Shown piece by piece: positions 1 to 10,330 of a DNA stretch of 64,000 nucleotides. The stretch is from Escherichia phage KIT06. The notes under the pieces were generated by a model. That model worked only from the letters and a program-made list of their open reading frames with translations, searched no databases and was not told where the DNA came from. The number at the start of each line of letters is the position of its first letter. Position 1 is the stretch's first letter. The stretch lies in the sequence record OQ349392.1, one strand, 5' to 3'. The translations under genes and the position numbers were made by a program.

Positions 1-204
1 ATGAAATCATATAAAGTAAATTTAGAACTTTTTGATAAAGCAGTTCATCGAGAATATAGAATCATTCAACGCTTTTTCGATATGGGAGAAGCCGAAGAGT
101 TTAAAAACCGCTTTAAGAATATTAGAGATAAAATTCAATCCGACACCGCAACTAAAGATGAACTACTAGAAGTTGCTGAAGTTATTAAACGCAATATGAA
201 TTAA
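1..204 (+). CDS. Small conserved ORF upstream of rIIA (rIIA.1-like, 67 aa); may be 5'-truncated at the window edge
   Basis: ORF track 1..204; position immediately upstream of rIIA as in T-even phages. Confidence 0.5.
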   Translation: MKSYKVNLELFDKAVHREYRIIQRFFDMGEAEEFKNRFKNIRDKIQSDTATKDELLEVAEVIKRNMN

Positions 205-214
205 TGAGGAAATT

Positions 215-2392
215 ATGATTATCACCACTGAAAAAGAAACTATTCTTGGTAATGGTTCTAAATCAAAAGCATTTAGCATCACAGCATCTCCTAAAGTATT
301 TAAAATTCTGTCATCTGATTTGTATACAAACAAGATTCGCGCAGTAGTACGTGAATTGATTACCAACATGATTGATGCACATGCTCTCAATGGAAATCCT
401 GAAAAATTTATCATTCAAGTTCCAGGACGATTAGATCCGCGATTTGTTTGTCGAGATTTTGGTCCGGGTATGAGCGATTTTGATATTCAAGGTGATGATA
501 ATTCTCCTGGGTTGTATAATTCATACTTTAGTTCATCTAAGGCTGAATCTAACGATTTCATTGGTGGATTTGGTTTAGGTTCTAAATCTCCGTTTAGTTA
601 TACTGATACATTTAGTATTACTTCATATCATAAAGGCGAAATTCGTGGTTATGTAGCTTACATGGATGGTGACGGTCCGCAGATTAAACCTACATTCGTA
701 AAAGAAATGGGTCCAGATGATAAAACTGGTATTGAAATCGTAGTTCCAGTTGAAGAAAAAGACTTTAGAAACTTTGCTTATGAAGTTTCTTATATCATGC
801 GACCATTCAAAGATTTGGCTATCATTAATGGTCTTGACCGTGAAATTGATTATTTTCCGGATTTTGATGACTATTACGGCGTAAATCCAGAAAGATACTG
901 GCCAGATCGTGGTGGATTGTATGCTATCTATGGCGGTATTGTTTATCCTATTGATGGTGTTATTAGAGACCGTAACTGGTTAAGCATCCGCAATGAAGTG
1001 AATTATATTAAGTTTCCAATGGGTTCACTTGATATTGCTCCATCGCGTGAGGCTCTTTCACTAGATGATCGTACTCGTAAAAATATTATTGAGCGTGTTA
1101 AAGAGCTCAGTGAGAAAGCATTTAATGAAGATGTAAAACGATTTAAAGAATCTACATCTCCTCGTCATACATACCGTGAATTGATGAAGATGGGATATTC
1201 TGCTCGAGATTATATGATTAGTAATTCGGTCAAATTCACGACTAAAAATCTGTCATATAAAAAGATGCAGAGCATGTTTGAACCTGACAGTAAGTTATGT
1301 AATGCAGGAGTTGTGTATGAAGTAAATCTTGACCCTCGACTGAAACGCATTAAGCAAAGCCATGAAACTTCAGCCGTTGCATCAAGTTATCGTCTGTTTG
1401 GTATTAATACGACAAAAATTAATATTGTTATTGATAATACTAAAAATCGTGTTAATATTGTCCGTGGATTAGCACGTGCATTAGATGATAGCGAATTTAA
1501 TAACACCTTAAATATTCATCACAATGAGCGGCTTCTGTTTATTAATCCAGAAGTAGAATCGCAGATTGATTTGCTTCCTGATATTATGGCAATGTTTGAA
1601 AGTGATGAAGTTAACATTCATTATTTGTCAGAAATCGAAGCTTTAGTTAAAAGTTATATTCCAAAGGTAGTAAAAAGTGCAGCTCCTCGTCCTAAAGCTG
1701 CTACTGCATTTAAGTTTGAAATTAAAGACGGGCGCTGGGAAAAAGAGGAACTGTTTACGCTCACATCAGAAGCAGATGAAATTACTGGTTATGTAGCATA
1801 TATGCATCGTTCTGATATTTTCTCTATGGATGGTACTACATCGCTTTGTAATCCATCTACGAGTATTTTGACCCGTATGGCTAATCTTATTGGCATTAAT
1901 GAATTTTATGTTATTCGTCCACTTTTGCAGAAAAAGGTAAAAGAACTTGGTCAGTGTCAATGTATTTTTGAAACTTTGCGTGATTTATATGTAGATGCTT
2001 TTGATGATGTAGATTATGATAAGTATGTAGGTTATTCAAGTTCAGCTAAACGATATATTGATAAAATTATCAAGTATCCTGAGTTAGATTTTATGATGAA
2101 GTACTTCAGTGTAGATGAAGTTTCCGAAGAATATACTCGCCTTGGTAATATGGTTAGTTCATTGCAGGGTATATATTTCAACGGTGGAAAAGGTACCATC
2201 GGTCATGACATCTGGACAGTAACTAATCTTTTTGAAACACTATCATATAATGCTTCAAAAAACAGTGATAAAATGGTTGCTGAGTTTACCAAGAAATTCC
2301 GTATTGTTTCCGACTTCATCGGATATCGCAACTCTTTAAGTGATGATGAAGTTTCCCAAATCGCTAAAACTATGAAGGCCCTTGCGGCCTAA
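215..2392 (+). CDS. rIIA: rIIA membrane-associated protein (725 aa), GHKL-ATPase-like N-terminal region
   Basis: 725 aa ORF, same length as T4 rIIA as I recall; recognised sequence; followed directly by rIIB. Confidence 0.93.
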   Translation: MIITTEKETILGNGSKSKAFSITASPKVFKILSSDLYTNKIRAVVRELITNMIDAHALNGNPEKFIIQVPGRLDPRFVCRDFGPGMSDFDIQGDDNSPGLYNSYFSSSKAESNDFIGGFGLGSKSPFSYTDTFSITSYHKGEIRGYVAYMDGDGPQIKPTFVKEMGPDDKTGIEIVVPVEEKDFRNFAYEVSYIMRPFKDLAIINGLDREIDYFPDFDDYYGVNPERYWPDRGGLYAIYGGIVYPIDGVIRDRNWLSIRNEVNYIKFPMGSLDIAPSREALSLDDRTRKNIIERVKELSEKAFNEDVKRFKESTSPRHTYRELMKMGYSARDYMISNSVKFTTKNLSYKKMQSMFEPDSKLCNAGVVYEVNLDPRLKRIKQSHETSAVASSYRLFGINTTKINIVIDNTKNRVNIVRGLARALDDSEFNNTLNIHHNERLLFINPEVESQIDLLPDIMAMFESDEVNIHYLSEIEALVKSYIPKVVKSAAPRPKAATAFKFEIKDGRWEKEELFTLTSEADEITGYVAYMHRSDIFSMDGTTSLCNPSTSILTRMANLIGINEFYVIRPLLQKKVKELGQCQCIFETLRDLYVDAFDDVDYDKYVGYSSSAKRYIDKIIKYPELDFMMKYFSVDEVSEEYTRLGNMVSSLQGIYFNGGKGTIGHDIWTVTNLFETLSYNASKNSDKMVAEFTKKFRIVSDFIGYRNSLSDDEVSQIAKTMKALAA

Positions 2393-2403
2393 TAAGGAAA
2401 ATT

Positions 2404-3342
2404 ATGTACAATATTAAATGCCTGACCAAAAACGAACAAGCTGAAATTGTCAAACTGTATTCAAGTGGTAATTATACCCAACAGGAATTGGCTTATTGGA
2501 AAGATGTATCGGTGGACACAATCCGTCGTGTTTTGAAAAATGCTGAAGAAGCTGAACGCTCTAAAGTTACCATTAGCGGTGACATTACAGTTACAGTTAA
2601 TAGCGATGCAGTTATTGCTCCAGTTGCTAAATCTGACATTATTTGGAATGCATCTAAAAAATTCATTTCAATTACTGTTGACGGTGTAACTTATAACGCA
2701 ACTCCTAATACTCATTCAAACTTCCAAGAAATTCTTAATCTGCTTGTAGCGGATAAGTTGGAAGAAGCGGCACAAAAAATTAACGTTCGTCGCGCTGTTG
2801 AAAAATATATTTCCGGTGATGTTCGAATTGAAGGTGGAAGCTTGTTCTATCAAAATATTGAATTACGGTCTGGTTTAGTTGATCGTATTCTCGATTCGAT
2901 GGAAAAAGGCGAAAACTTTGAATTTTATTTTCCGTTCTTGGAAAATCTGTTGGAAAACCCAAGCCAAAAAGCGGTATCTCGACTCTTTGATTTCTTGGTA
3001 GCAAACGATATTGAAATTACAGAAGACGGCTACTTCTATGCTTGGAAAGTAGTTCGCAGCAATTACTTTGACTGTCATTCAAATACTTTTGATAACAGCC
3101 CTGGTAAAGTAGTTAAAATGCCACGTACTCGTGTGAATGACGATGATACACAAACTTGTTCTCGTGGTCTGCATGTGTGTTCTAAATCTTATATTCGTCA
3201 CTTTGGCAGTTCAACCAGTCGAGTTGTAAAAGTTAAAGTGCATCCTCGTGATGTAGTATCAATTCCGATTGATTACAACGATGCTAAAATGCGTACCTGC
3301 CAATACGAAGTAGTTGAAGACGTTACTGAACAATTCAAATAA
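2404..3342 (+). CDS. rIIB: rIIB protein (312 aa)
   Basis: 312 aa ORF, length and position match T4 rIIB; SD-like AGGAAA upstream. Confidence 0.92.
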   Translation: MYNIKCLTKNEQAEIVKLYSSGNYTQQELAYWKDVSVDTIRRVLKNAEEAERSKVTISGDITVTVNSDAVIAPVAKSDIIWNASKKFISITVDGVTYNATPNTHSNFQEILNLLVADKLEEAAQKINVRRAVEKYISGDVRIEGGSLFYQNIELRSGLVDRILDSMEKGENFEFYFPFLENLLENPSQKAVSRLFDFLVANDIEITEDGYFYAWKVVRSNYFDCHSNTFDNSPGKVVKMPRTRVNDDDTQTCSRGLHVCSKSYIRHFGSSTSRVVKVKVHPRDVVSIPIDYNDAKMRTCQYEVVEDVTEQFK

Positions 3343-3370
3343 GGGCTTCGGCCCTTAACTAAGGAAAATT

Positions 3371-3565
3371 ATGTTAGGTTATCAAGCACGAGTAAAAGAA
3401 GAATACGATCAATTAATGCTCAAAATTAACGCACTGAGCAAATTTTTAGAAAGTGAAAAGTTTTCAACGGTTAATGCAGTTGAGCAAGAACTGTTGCTTT
3501 CGCAGTTTATCTCAATGAAATCTTACGCAGATTGTTTAGAGAAAAGAATTGCACAATTCAAATAA
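3371..3565 (+). CDS. Hypothetical small protein (64 aa), rIIB-adjacent
   Basis: ORF with SD AAGGAAA before ATG; followed by hairpin terminator. Confidence 0.5.
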   Translation: MLGYQARVKEEYDQLMLKINALSKFLESEKFSTVNAVEQELLLSQFISMKSYADCLEKRIAQFK

Positions 3566-3569
3566 AGTA

Positions 3570-3591
3570 AAGGGCTTCGGCCCTTTTGTTT
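3570..3591 (+). terminator. Rho-independent terminator, AAGGGC-TTCG-GCCCTT hairpin plus T-run
   Basis: Perfect 6 bp stem with UUCG tetraloop followed by TTTTGTTTT. Confidence 0.6.
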
Positions 3592-3651
3592 TAAGGGAAA
3601 CTATGATTTATTATATTAACATCAGTGATTCCGACGTAAAAGGAAAGTTTA

Positions 3652-4209
3652 ATGCAGAAAACGAATCCGGGTTTACAGAGACTATTTCAGATTCCGACAT
3701 TTACCCTATCGAACAGTGACTTGACTAGTGAAATGAAGGTCAAAATTGCTGACACAGCAAGATACTCTTTAAAACAAAACCCGAACCAGGATAAAGCAGA
3801 AGTTATCGAAAGATGCCGTATCGCTGTGTATGCAGAGTTTTTTGTAGCAGATTGGCTGAGTGGGTATGTTAATAAAGGTCAAGAGGATGTTAATGACCCG
3901 TATACATATGCGTGGGATGTACTGGCGCATCCAAAATACTGTGGGCTTCGTGTAGAAGTCAAAACACATCAAACTGACTCACGTTGGATTTCGGTAACAA
4001 CCGGATGCAGCGGGGAGTATCCATATGGTTCTGGAATAAATCTAGGGCCCATTCTGAATCATCAGGTCGCTGACTGTATAATTATATTCAACACTAAAGA
4101 AATTCATCCAGGTGTCATCCAGTACACTCCGAAGTTCATCGGTGATAGAGAAGACCTTCGTAAGGTTGTAAGAAAAAGCAACTACAGCGGATGGTATCTT
4201 TCCATTTAA
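3652..4209 (+). CDS. denB: Endonuclease IV (185 aa)
   Basis: 185 aa, same length as T4 DenB as I recall; position between rIIB and ndd. Confidence 0.8.
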   Translation: MQKTNPGLQRLFQIPTFTLSNSDLTSEMKVKIADTARYSLKQNPNQDKAEVIERCRIAVYAEFFVADWLSGYVNKGQEDVNDPYTYAWDVLAHPKYCGLRVEVKTHQTDSRWISVTTGCSGEYPYGSGINLGPILNHQVADCIIIFNTKEIHPGVIQYTPKFIGDREDLRKVVRKSNYSGWYLSI

Positions 4210-4225
4210 AAATTTTCACAAAACG

Positions 4226-4264
4226 GTTTACATACCACAAGGACTGTGGTACTATACAACTATC
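4226..4264 (+). promoter_or_regulatory. T4-type early promoter (GTTTAC, 18 bp spacer, TACTAT) including conserved 20-mer TGTGGTACTATACAACTATC
   Basis: GTTTAC at 4226-4231, TACTAT at 4250-4255, upstream A-rich tract; 20-mer shared with 3 other sites. Confidence 0.6.
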
Positions 4265-4282
4265 AGCTACGGAGGAGTAAAA

Positions 4283-4546
4283 ATGAAATTTAAATTTTAT
4301 TACGCTAAACATAAAATAACTGATGAGTTTGTGTCAGTTGAATATTCTAGCGATGATGAAGGTATGATTTATACTCGTTTGGGACTATCGCATTGGGAGT
4401 CTGATACGCCTTATTTTTCAACTCCTGAAGAAATTACACGCTTAGTTAATGGTCATATGAATGACCACTGGGATGTAATTCTTACAGATAGTCTTAAAGC
4501 GGCTATTAATAGTAATGAAATGAAAATCGCTGAGATTGAACTATGA
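4283..4546 (+). CDS. Hypothetical protein (87 aa)
   Basis: ORF with SD GGAGGAG 8 nt upstream of ATG. Confidence 0.5.
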   Translation: MKFKFYYAKHKITDEFVSVEYSSDDEGMIYTRLGLSHWESDTPYFSTPEEITRLVNGHMNDHWDVILTDSLKAAINSNEMKIAEIEL

Positions 4547-4731
4547 GTTCATTATGGTGGTGTTTTGTTTGGTTAATTAGTATTCCATTAATTTGTTTAA
4601 CATTTACTTTTGTGATGAGGTTATTATGAAAATTTTGAATTCTGTACTTATTGCTTGTGCGTGGTGGGTTGCGCAAGTTTCGGCAGTAGTGATTGGTATT
4701 CACATTTATTACGAATATTTTTAAAAAAGTT

Positions 4732-4770
4732 GTTTACAAGACTGTTCCTCTGTGGTACTATACAACTATC
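4732..4770 (+). promoter_or_regulatory. T4-type early promoter (GTTTAC-N18-TACTAT) with conserved 20-mer
   Basis: GTTTAC 4732-4737, TACTAT 4756-4761, 20-mer 4751-4770. Confidence 0.6.
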
Positions 4771-4789
4771 AACTACGGAGGAACAGAAA

Positions 4790-4903
4790 ATGAAAAAGAT
4801 TGTTAAAGCTATATGGAATGTAGTTATAATACTAGTAGTTTTGAGTATATTCCCAATCGTTTTAATGATTGATGTATTAAACGCTTACTTTGGATTTATG
4901 TGA
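4790..4903 (+). CDS. Small hydrophobic peptide (37 aa, predicted single transmembrane helix)
   Basis: ATG at 4790 preceded by SD GGAGGA; inside longer track ORF 4655..4903. Confidence 0.35.
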   Translation: MKKIVKAIWNVVIILVVLSIFPIVLMIDVLNAYFGFM

Positions 4904-4910
4904 GGAAAAT

Positions 4911-5108
4911 ATGAAGCGTAAACGCAGTGCTTTTACATTTATGGAATGGTTTTTCGATAATATTTTTCCAGCTTTATTCATTTTCATGCTGATTTTTGCC
5001 TTAGGTTCAGTTGTAGTTGGAATCTATTTGATGGCAGTTGTCGGAATGGATATTCACCAAAATGGTTTAAAATCTGTGGTTGAAACAATTTGGAATGGTG
5101 TAAAATGA
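4911..5108 (+). CDS. Small membrane protein (65 aa, two hydrophobic segments)
   Basis: ATG at 4911 preceded by GAGGA; track ORF 4890..5108 starts further upstream. Confidence 0.45.
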   Translation: MKRKRSAFTFMEWFFDNIFPALFIFMLIFALGSVVVGIYLMAVVGMDIHQNGLKSVVETIWNGVK

Positions 5109-5223
5109 TGAATTTGCTGAGTGGTTGGTTTTATATTCTTATGTTTTACATTGGTGCAAATTTCCCATATTGGATGGGATGGTCAACAACTGCATTTGGA
5201 TTTTATACTCCTTGAGGTGAATT

Positions 5224-5439
5224 ATGAAAATCTTTAAAGATGTAAAGGTCGGTGAAATTTTTTGCTTAGATAATGGTGATCAGTTAATTCGTATTTCACC
5301 TCTTAAGAGCACTAGCGAGAAAATGACAGTTAACGCTACTTTAGCAAACAACAGCAATGAACGTTTCTGTATTGAAAATGATACTGAAACTTATACTGTA
5401 GAAGAGTTCTGGGAATTGAGTGTTGACTGCGACGATTAA
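5224..5439 (+). CDS. Hypothetical protein (71 aa)
   Basis: ORF with SD GAGGTGA upstream. Confidence 0.5.
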   Translation: MKIFKDVKVGEIFCLDNGDQLIRISPLKSTSEKMTVNATLANNSNERFCIENDTETYTVEEFWELSVDCDD

Positions 5440-5499
5440 TTTAACAGGCCGTGTGTATTCATGCGGCCTTGGAGTAGAAAATAATTAGAGGAAATCAAT

Positions 5500-5955
5500 A
5501 TGAAATACATGACTGTTACTGATCTGAATAATGCAGGTGCTACTGTTATTGGTACAATCAAGGGCGGTGAATGGGTTTTTGGAACTCCACATAAAGACAT
5601 TTTGTCTAACCCTGGATTTTACTTTTTAGTGAGTAAATTTGGTGGTCCATTTGATAGTCCGTGTGTATCTGCGCGATTTTATGTAGGTAATCAGCGTTCT
5701 AAGCAAGGATTCAGTGCAGTTCTAAGTCATATTCGTCAGCGTCGGTCCCAGCTCGCGCGTACTATTGCAAATAACAATGTTCCATACACAGTATTTTATC
5801 TACCTGCTTCTAAGATGAAACCTCTGACGACAGGATTTGGAAAGGGTCAGTTAGCTTTAGCGTTTACTCGTAATCATCATTCTGAGTATCAAACACTTGA
5901 AGAAATGAACCGTATGTTGGCTGATAATTTTAAATTTGTTTTGCAGGCATATTAA
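5500..5955 (+). CDS. ndd: Nucleoid disruption protein (151 aa)
   Basis: 151 aa, length and position (upstream of stp and ac) match T4 Ndd. Confidence 0.8.
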   Translation: MKYMTVTDLNNAGATVIGTIKGGEWVFGTPHKDILSNPGFYFLVSKFGGPFDSPCVSARFYVGNQRSKQGFSAVLSHIRQRRSQLARTIANNNVPYTVFYLPASKMKPLTTGFGKGQLALAFTRNHHSEYQTLEEMNRMLADNFKFVLQAY

Positions 5956-6032
5956 TGAGTAATTTCCATAACGAACACGTGATGCAGTTCTATCGTAACA
6001 ATCTTAAAATTAAAGGCGTCTTCGGACGCTAG
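5955..6032 (+). CDS. stp: Stp peptide (25 aa), activator of host PrrC anticodon nuclease
   Basis: Translation [25 protein letters not shown] is near-identical to T4 Stp as I recall; ATG overlaps ndd stop (TAATG). Confidence 0.75.
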   Translation: MSNFHNEHVMQFYRNNLKIKGVFGR

Positions 6033-6042
6033 TGAGGAAAAT

Positions 6043-6198
6043 ATGAATATCGCAAAATTATTAGGAGTTATTTCATTTATTTGTTGGATAGTAGCATGTG
6101 TTTTAACTATCTGTATTGATGTCAGCAGCGTGTTTTCGCAAGCTTTAGCCCAGGGTATGTGTGCATGTTTAACATTTGCGTTGTTATCTAATGATTAA
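6043..6198 (+). CDS. ac: Acriflavine-resistance membrane peptide (51 aa)
   Basis: 51 aa hydrophobic ORF with SD GAGGAAA; position between stp and gene 52. Confidence 0.65.
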   Translation: MNIAKLLGVISFICWIVACVLTICIDVSSVFSQALAQGMCACLTFALLSND

Positions 6199-6331
6199 GA
6201 AAATCTTGGGCTACTCAGTAGCCCTTGCTGCTTTACTGGTAGCACTATATTATGGAGTAATGTTCGGATTAATTCAAGTCGTGCTTTTCATTTCTGATGT
6301 TATTATGGCACTACATTCACTAGTATGGTAA
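6191..6331 (+). CDS. Small hydrophobic peptide (46 aa), 52.1-like
   Basis: ATG overlapping ac 3' end; hydrophobic; ends 5 nt before gene 52. Confidence 0.4.
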   Translation: MIKKILGYSVALAALLVALYYGVMFGLIQVVLFISDVIMALHSLVW

Positions 6332-6335
6332 ATTT

Positions 6336-7664
6336 ATGCAACTGAATAATCGCGATTTAAAAAGTATCATTGATAATGAAGCATTGGCTTATGCTATGTA
6401 CACGGTTGAAAACCGTGCTATTCCAAATATGATTGATGGATTTAAGCCAGTTCAACGATTTGTTATCGCTCGAGCTCTTGATTTGGCACGGGGAAATAAA
6501 GATAAGTTTCACAAACTTGCTTCTATTGCAGGTGGTGTAGCAGACCTTGGATATCATCATGGTGAAAACTCTGCGCAAGACGCGGGGGCTTTGATGGCTA
6601 ACACGTGGAATAATAACTTTCCTTTGTTAGATGGTCAAGGAAACTTTGGTTCTCGTACCGTTCAAAAAGCAGCAGCAAGTCGTTATATTTTTGCTCGTGT
6701 AAGTAAAAATTTCTATAACGTATATAAAGATACTGAATATGCTCCGGTACATCAAGATAAAGAACACATTCCGCCTGCTTTCTATTTGCCTATTATTCCT
6801 ACCGTTCTTCTTAATGGTGTTTCCGGTATTGCAACTGGTTATGCAACTTACATTCTTCCTCATAGTGTTTCTTCTGTCAAGAAAGCTGTACTACAAGCTC
6901 TTCAAGGAAAGAAAGTAACTAAACCGAAGGTAGAATTCCCAGAATTTCGCGGTGAAGTCGTTGAAATTGACGGTCAATATGAAATTCGTGGAACGTACAA
7001 GTTTACTTCACGAACTCAAATGAATATCACTGAGATTCCGTATAAGTATGATCGTGAAACTTATGTGAGTAAAATCTTAGACCCGCTTGAAGATAAAGGC
7101 TTCATTACGTGGGATGATGCTTGCGGCGAGCATGGTTTTGGCTTCAAAGTTAAATTCCGTAAAGAATATTCTTTAAGCGATAACGAAGAAGAACGCCATG
7201 CAAAAATTATGAAAGACTTTGGATTGATTGAGCGTCGTTCTCAGAATATTACAGTCATCAACGAGAAAGGAAAACTGCAAGTTTACGATGACGTAGTTGA
7301 TTTAATCAAAGACTTCGTTGAAGTTCGTAAAACTTATGTCCAAAAACGAATTGATAACAAAATCAAAGAAACTGAATCAGCATTTCGTTTAGCCTTTGCC
7401 AAGGCACATTTCATTAAGAAAGTAATTTCAGGTGAAATTGTTGTGCAAGGTAAAACTCGCAAAGAACTGACCGAAGAACTTTCTAAAATTGATATGTATT
7501 CTTCTTATGTTGATAAACTAGTTGGAATGAATATTTTTCATATGACTTCCGACGAAGCAAAGAAACTTGCTGAAGAAGCTAAAGCTAAAAAAGAAGAAAA
7601 CGAATATTGGAAAACTACTGATGTAGTTACAGAATACACTAAAGATTTAGAGGAAATCAAATGA
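6336..7664 (+). CDS. 52: DNA topoisomerase II medium subunit (GyrA-like, 442 aa)
   Basis: 442 aa; recognised N-terminal sequence; same length as T4 gp52. Confidence 0.93.
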   Translation: MQLNNRDLKSIIDNEALAYAMYTVENRAIPNMIDGFKPVQRFVIARALDLARGNKDKFHKLASIAGGVADLGYHHGENSAQDAGALMANTWNNNFPLLDGQGNFGSRTVQKAAASRYIFARVSKNFYNVYKDTEYAPVHQDKEHIPPAFYLPIIPTVLLNGVSGIATGYATYILPHSVSSVKKAVLQALQGKKVTKPKVEFPEFRGEVVEIDGQYEIRGTYKFTSRTQMNITEIPYKYDRETYVSKILDPLEDKGFITWDDACGEHGFGFKVKFRKEYSLSDNEEERHAKIMKDFGLIERRSQNITVINEKGKLQVYDDVVDLIKDFVEVRKTYVQKRIDNKIKETESAFRLAFAKAHFIKKVISGEIVVQGKTRKELTEELSKIDMYSSYVDKLVGMNIFHMTSDEAKKLAEEAKAKKEENEYWKTTDVVTEYTKDLEEIK

Positions 7665-7810
7665 GTCCATTCATTGGTATTACAAGCGCTGCATTAGTAT
7701 CCGGTAGCATTTTACTGGCGGGTTTAGGTGTTGTTCCAGCCGTAGCAGGAGGTCTTCTTGCGTTCGGAATTCAACGTGTTATCATGACAGTTATCACAGT
7801 CATGCAGTAA
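7661..7810 (+). CDS. Small hydrophobic peptide (49 aa)
   Basis: ATGA overlap with gene 52 stop; glycine/alanine-rich hydrophobic sequence. Confidence 0.4.
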   Translation: MSPFIGITSAALVSGSILLAGLGVVPAVAGGLLAFGIQRVIMTVITVMQ

Positions 7811-7815
7811 TTTTA

Positions 7816-7841
7816 GGGAGAGCCTCGGCTCTCCCTTTTTT
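7816..7841 (+). terminator. Rho-independent terminator (GGGAGAGCC...GGCTCTCCC hairpin plus T6)
   Basis: Near-perfect inverted repeat followed by TTTTTT. Confidence 0.7.
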
Positions 7842-7866
7842 ATTTCAAAATTTTTTTCACAAAACG

Positions 7867-7905
7867 GTTTACAACCAAAGCATACTGTGGTACTATACAA
7901 CTATC
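7867..7905 (+). promoter_or_regulatory. T4-type early promoter upstream of motA (GTTTAC-N18-TACTAT)
   Basis: GTTTAC 7867-7872, TACTAT 7891-7896, conserved 20-mer 7886-7905. Confidence 0.65.
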
Positions 7906-7937
7906 AACTACTGATACAGAATTACGGAGATTAGAAA

Positions 7938-8573
7938 ATGTCTAAAGTAACTTACATCATCAAAGCTTCTAACGATGTTCTGAATGAAAAAACTGCTGCG
8001 ATTTTAATTACTATTGCTAAGAAAGATTTCATTACAGCTGCAGAAGTTCGTGAGGTGCATCCAGATTTAGGTAATGCAGTAGTTAATAGTAATATTGGGG
8101 TATTGATTAAAAAAGGCCTGGTGGAGAAATCTGGTGATGGATTAATCATTACCGGTGAAGCTCAGGATATTATTTCAAATGCAGCAACTTTATACGCACA
8201 GGAAAATGCTCCGGAACTACTGAAAAAACGAGCAACTCGTAAAGCTCGCGAGATTACTTCTGATATGGAAGAAGATAAAGATTTCATGTTAAAACTTTTA
8301 GATGAAAATGGATTTGTTCTTAAAAAAGTTGAAACTTATCGTAGTAACTATCTCGCTATTTTAGAAAAACGCACTCACGGAATTCGTAATTTTGAAATTA
8401 ATAACAATGGAAATATGCGAATTTTTGGATACAAAATGATGGAACATCATATTCAGAAATTTACTGACATTGGTATGTCATGCAAAATCGCTAAAAATGG
8501 TAATGTGTATCTTGACATTAAACGCTCAGTAGAAAACATTGAAGCTGTAATCACTGTAGCATCTGAACTGTGA
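7938..8573 (+). CDS. motA: MotA middle-transcription activator (211 aa)
   Basis: 211 aa, same length as T4 MotA; position adjacent to gene 52. Confidence 0.88.
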   Translation: MSKVTYIIKASNDVLNEKTAAILITIAKKDFITAAEVREVHPDLGNAVVNSNIGVLIKKGLVEKSGDGLIITGEAQDIISNAATLYAQENAPELLKKRATRKAREITSDMEEDKDFMLKLLDENGFVLKKVETYRSNYLAILEKRTHGIRNFEINNNGNMRIFGYKMMEHHIQKFTDIGMSCKIAKNGNVYLDIKRSVENIEAVITVASEL

Positions 8574-8583
8574 GGAATAAATA

Positions 8584-8913
8584 ATGAACAAGTTAGAAAT
8601 TATCAATGAACTTCGCCGTTGTGCAGAACCCACTCAAGAGGGGTGGGACATCTGGTACCACGGAGCTTATCTTGGAACTATCGTAAAGATTAAGACTGGT
8701 AAATACATGATTATTCGTGAAAGTAAAGATGCTCCAGTAGGTATTCGCAATAATTTCATGGCAGCGATAAGTTCTTTTACAGATTCAGCTTACGAAATTT
8801 ACCTTGCTGATTATAAAGAATTTCAGGAATCTCAACCAGTTATTCGCTCAATTGGTGTTAACAAAGCTCAACAGAAAACTTTGTGGCAACGTATTAAAGG
8901 ATGGTTTAAATGA
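8584..8913 (+). CDS. Hypothetical protein (109 aa)
   Basis: ORF, SD GAGGAATAA upstream. Confidence 0.5.
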   Translation: MNKLEIINELRRCAEPTQEGWDIWYHGAYLGTIVKIKTGKYMIIRESKDAPVGIRNNFMAAISSFTDSAYEIYLADYKEFQESQPVIRSIGVNKAQQKTLWQRIKGWFK

Positions 8914-9371
8914 AAACTTTTAAAGAACGTTTAGCTCTGTTAGATAAAGCTTTGTCACGTGAGACTCCAGAAAGTTTGGCGGCTAAATTAGCTTCTTACA
9001 GTGGTGAATACACAGAACAAAATGTTTTAGATGAAGTTCCTGAAATCTGTTGGCAGTCTGCATACTGGGATGAAAACCAAAAGTACCAACGACGGATTGT
9101 TTGCGCAGCCAACCGTTTTAAATTAAAAGATGGACGAACTCTTATTATTCCAGGTGCTCGTCATTATTCTAAAGATATGGCAGCAGTTTTAGATGTAGTT
9201 AAACCTCAATTAGTTACTCAGCAAGTTTGTGATGATGACCAAGGGTTTATTGACCAATATAGTAATTATTGGACACGTGAAGAAGCAATGATTATTGCAA
9301 CTTACGCTGGACAAGTACGTGTTGAACGCGGCGGTAGTGAAAAAGAACTTTACTCTGAGGACCTTTACTAA
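8910..9371 (+). CDS. Hypothetical protein (153 aa)
   Basis: ORF with ATGA overlap to upstream gene. Confidence 0.5.
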   Translation: MKTFKERLALLDKALSRETPESLAAKLASYSGEYTEQNVLDEVPEICWQSAYWDENQKYQRRIVCAANRFKLKDGRTLIIPGARHYSKDMAAVLDVVKPQLVTQQVCDDDQGFIDQYSNYWTREEAMIIATYAGQVRVERGGSEKELYSEDLY

Positions 9372-9667
9372 TGAATATTAAAAAGTTTCAAATTGATGGA
9401 ATTATGAATCAAATCCAGGCATTGGAATATGCCAATAAAATGATGTCAACCAAATGGGGAATTTATGCCAATGAACCGGCATTTCAGTTTTGTAATATGG
9501 AATTCGCTAAAAAGCTCGTAGGAAAAGATTATGTATGTCCATTTAGTTCTCCAATAAATGGAATGCTAAAACCTGCTTTACGCGATCTTTATATCGCGAT
9601 GAACGAAGAAATGATAAAAGAACTAAAACGTCAACTAAAGGTGATTCAATTTGGCCAGGGAAATTAA
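9371..9667 (+). CDS. Hypothetical protein (98 aa)
   Basis: ORF with TAATG overlap to upstream gene. Confidence 0.5.
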   Translation: MNIKKFQIDGIMNQIQALEYANKMMSTKWGIYANEPAFQFCNMEFAKKLVGKDYVCPFSSPINGMLKPALRDLYIAMNEEMIKELKRQLKVIQFGQGN

Positions 9668-9951
9668 TTCAAAATCCGATTATTTTAATTCTCTCAATGA
9701 TAAAGATAAAATCTAATACGGCATTTTATTGTTGAGATGGGATATACTGACACACGTGATTTAAGAGAACATATATTTGAATGTGGTGTAGCTAAAAAGT
9801 TTTCATTCACATGCAAATGTTTAAGAGAGGTAATTCAGCACTATGAACAATTTAGTCGCAAAACATAATTTTAATAAAGCTTCTGTTCATAAAGATAAGA
9901 AGAAAGCGTTTAAAGAATCTAATCGCAAACAGAAACATAAGGGGAAGGTCT

Positions 9952-10230
9952 ATGATTATTGATTCTCAATCTGTGGTTCAATACACAATCAAAATTGATA
10001 TTCTAGAAAAGCTATATAAGTTTCTACCAAATTTATACCACTCAATTGTTAATGAATTAGTTGAAGAACTACATCTCGAGAATAATGATTTCTTGGTTGG
10101 AACTTATAAAGATAACTCAAAGGCGGGATATTTTTACGTAATTCCAGCTCCAGGAAAAAGTATTGATGATGTATTAAAAACTATAATGATTTATGTCCAT
10201 GATTACGAAATTGAAGATTATTTCGAATGA
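9952..10230 (+). CDS. arn: Anti-restriction nuclease inhibitor Arn-like (92 aa, acidic)
   Basis: 92 aa acidic ORF, length and position between motA and asiA match T4 Arn. Confidence 0.6.
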   Translation: MIIDSQSVVQYTIKIDILEKLYKFLPNLYHSIVNELVEELHLENNDFLVGTYKDNSKAGYFYVIPAPGKSIDDVLKTIMIYVHDYEIEDYFE

Positions 10231-10330
10231 GTCATAATCTTGAAATGGTAATCGAGCATAATGTAGCTCAGGAACATGAGTCGTTCAAGGAATTCGTAGA
10301 AAAAATTTTTGAAGAAAATAACACAGACCA

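Noticed and set aside
166-414. 82 aa minus-strand ORF overlapping the rIIA 5' end
   Set aside because: Antisense to the strongly supported rIIA gene; no SD or promoter context; typical AT-rich spurious ORF.
1766-1960. 64 aa minus-strand ORF inside rIIA
   Set aside because: Lies entirely within rIIA on the opposite strand; no independent support.
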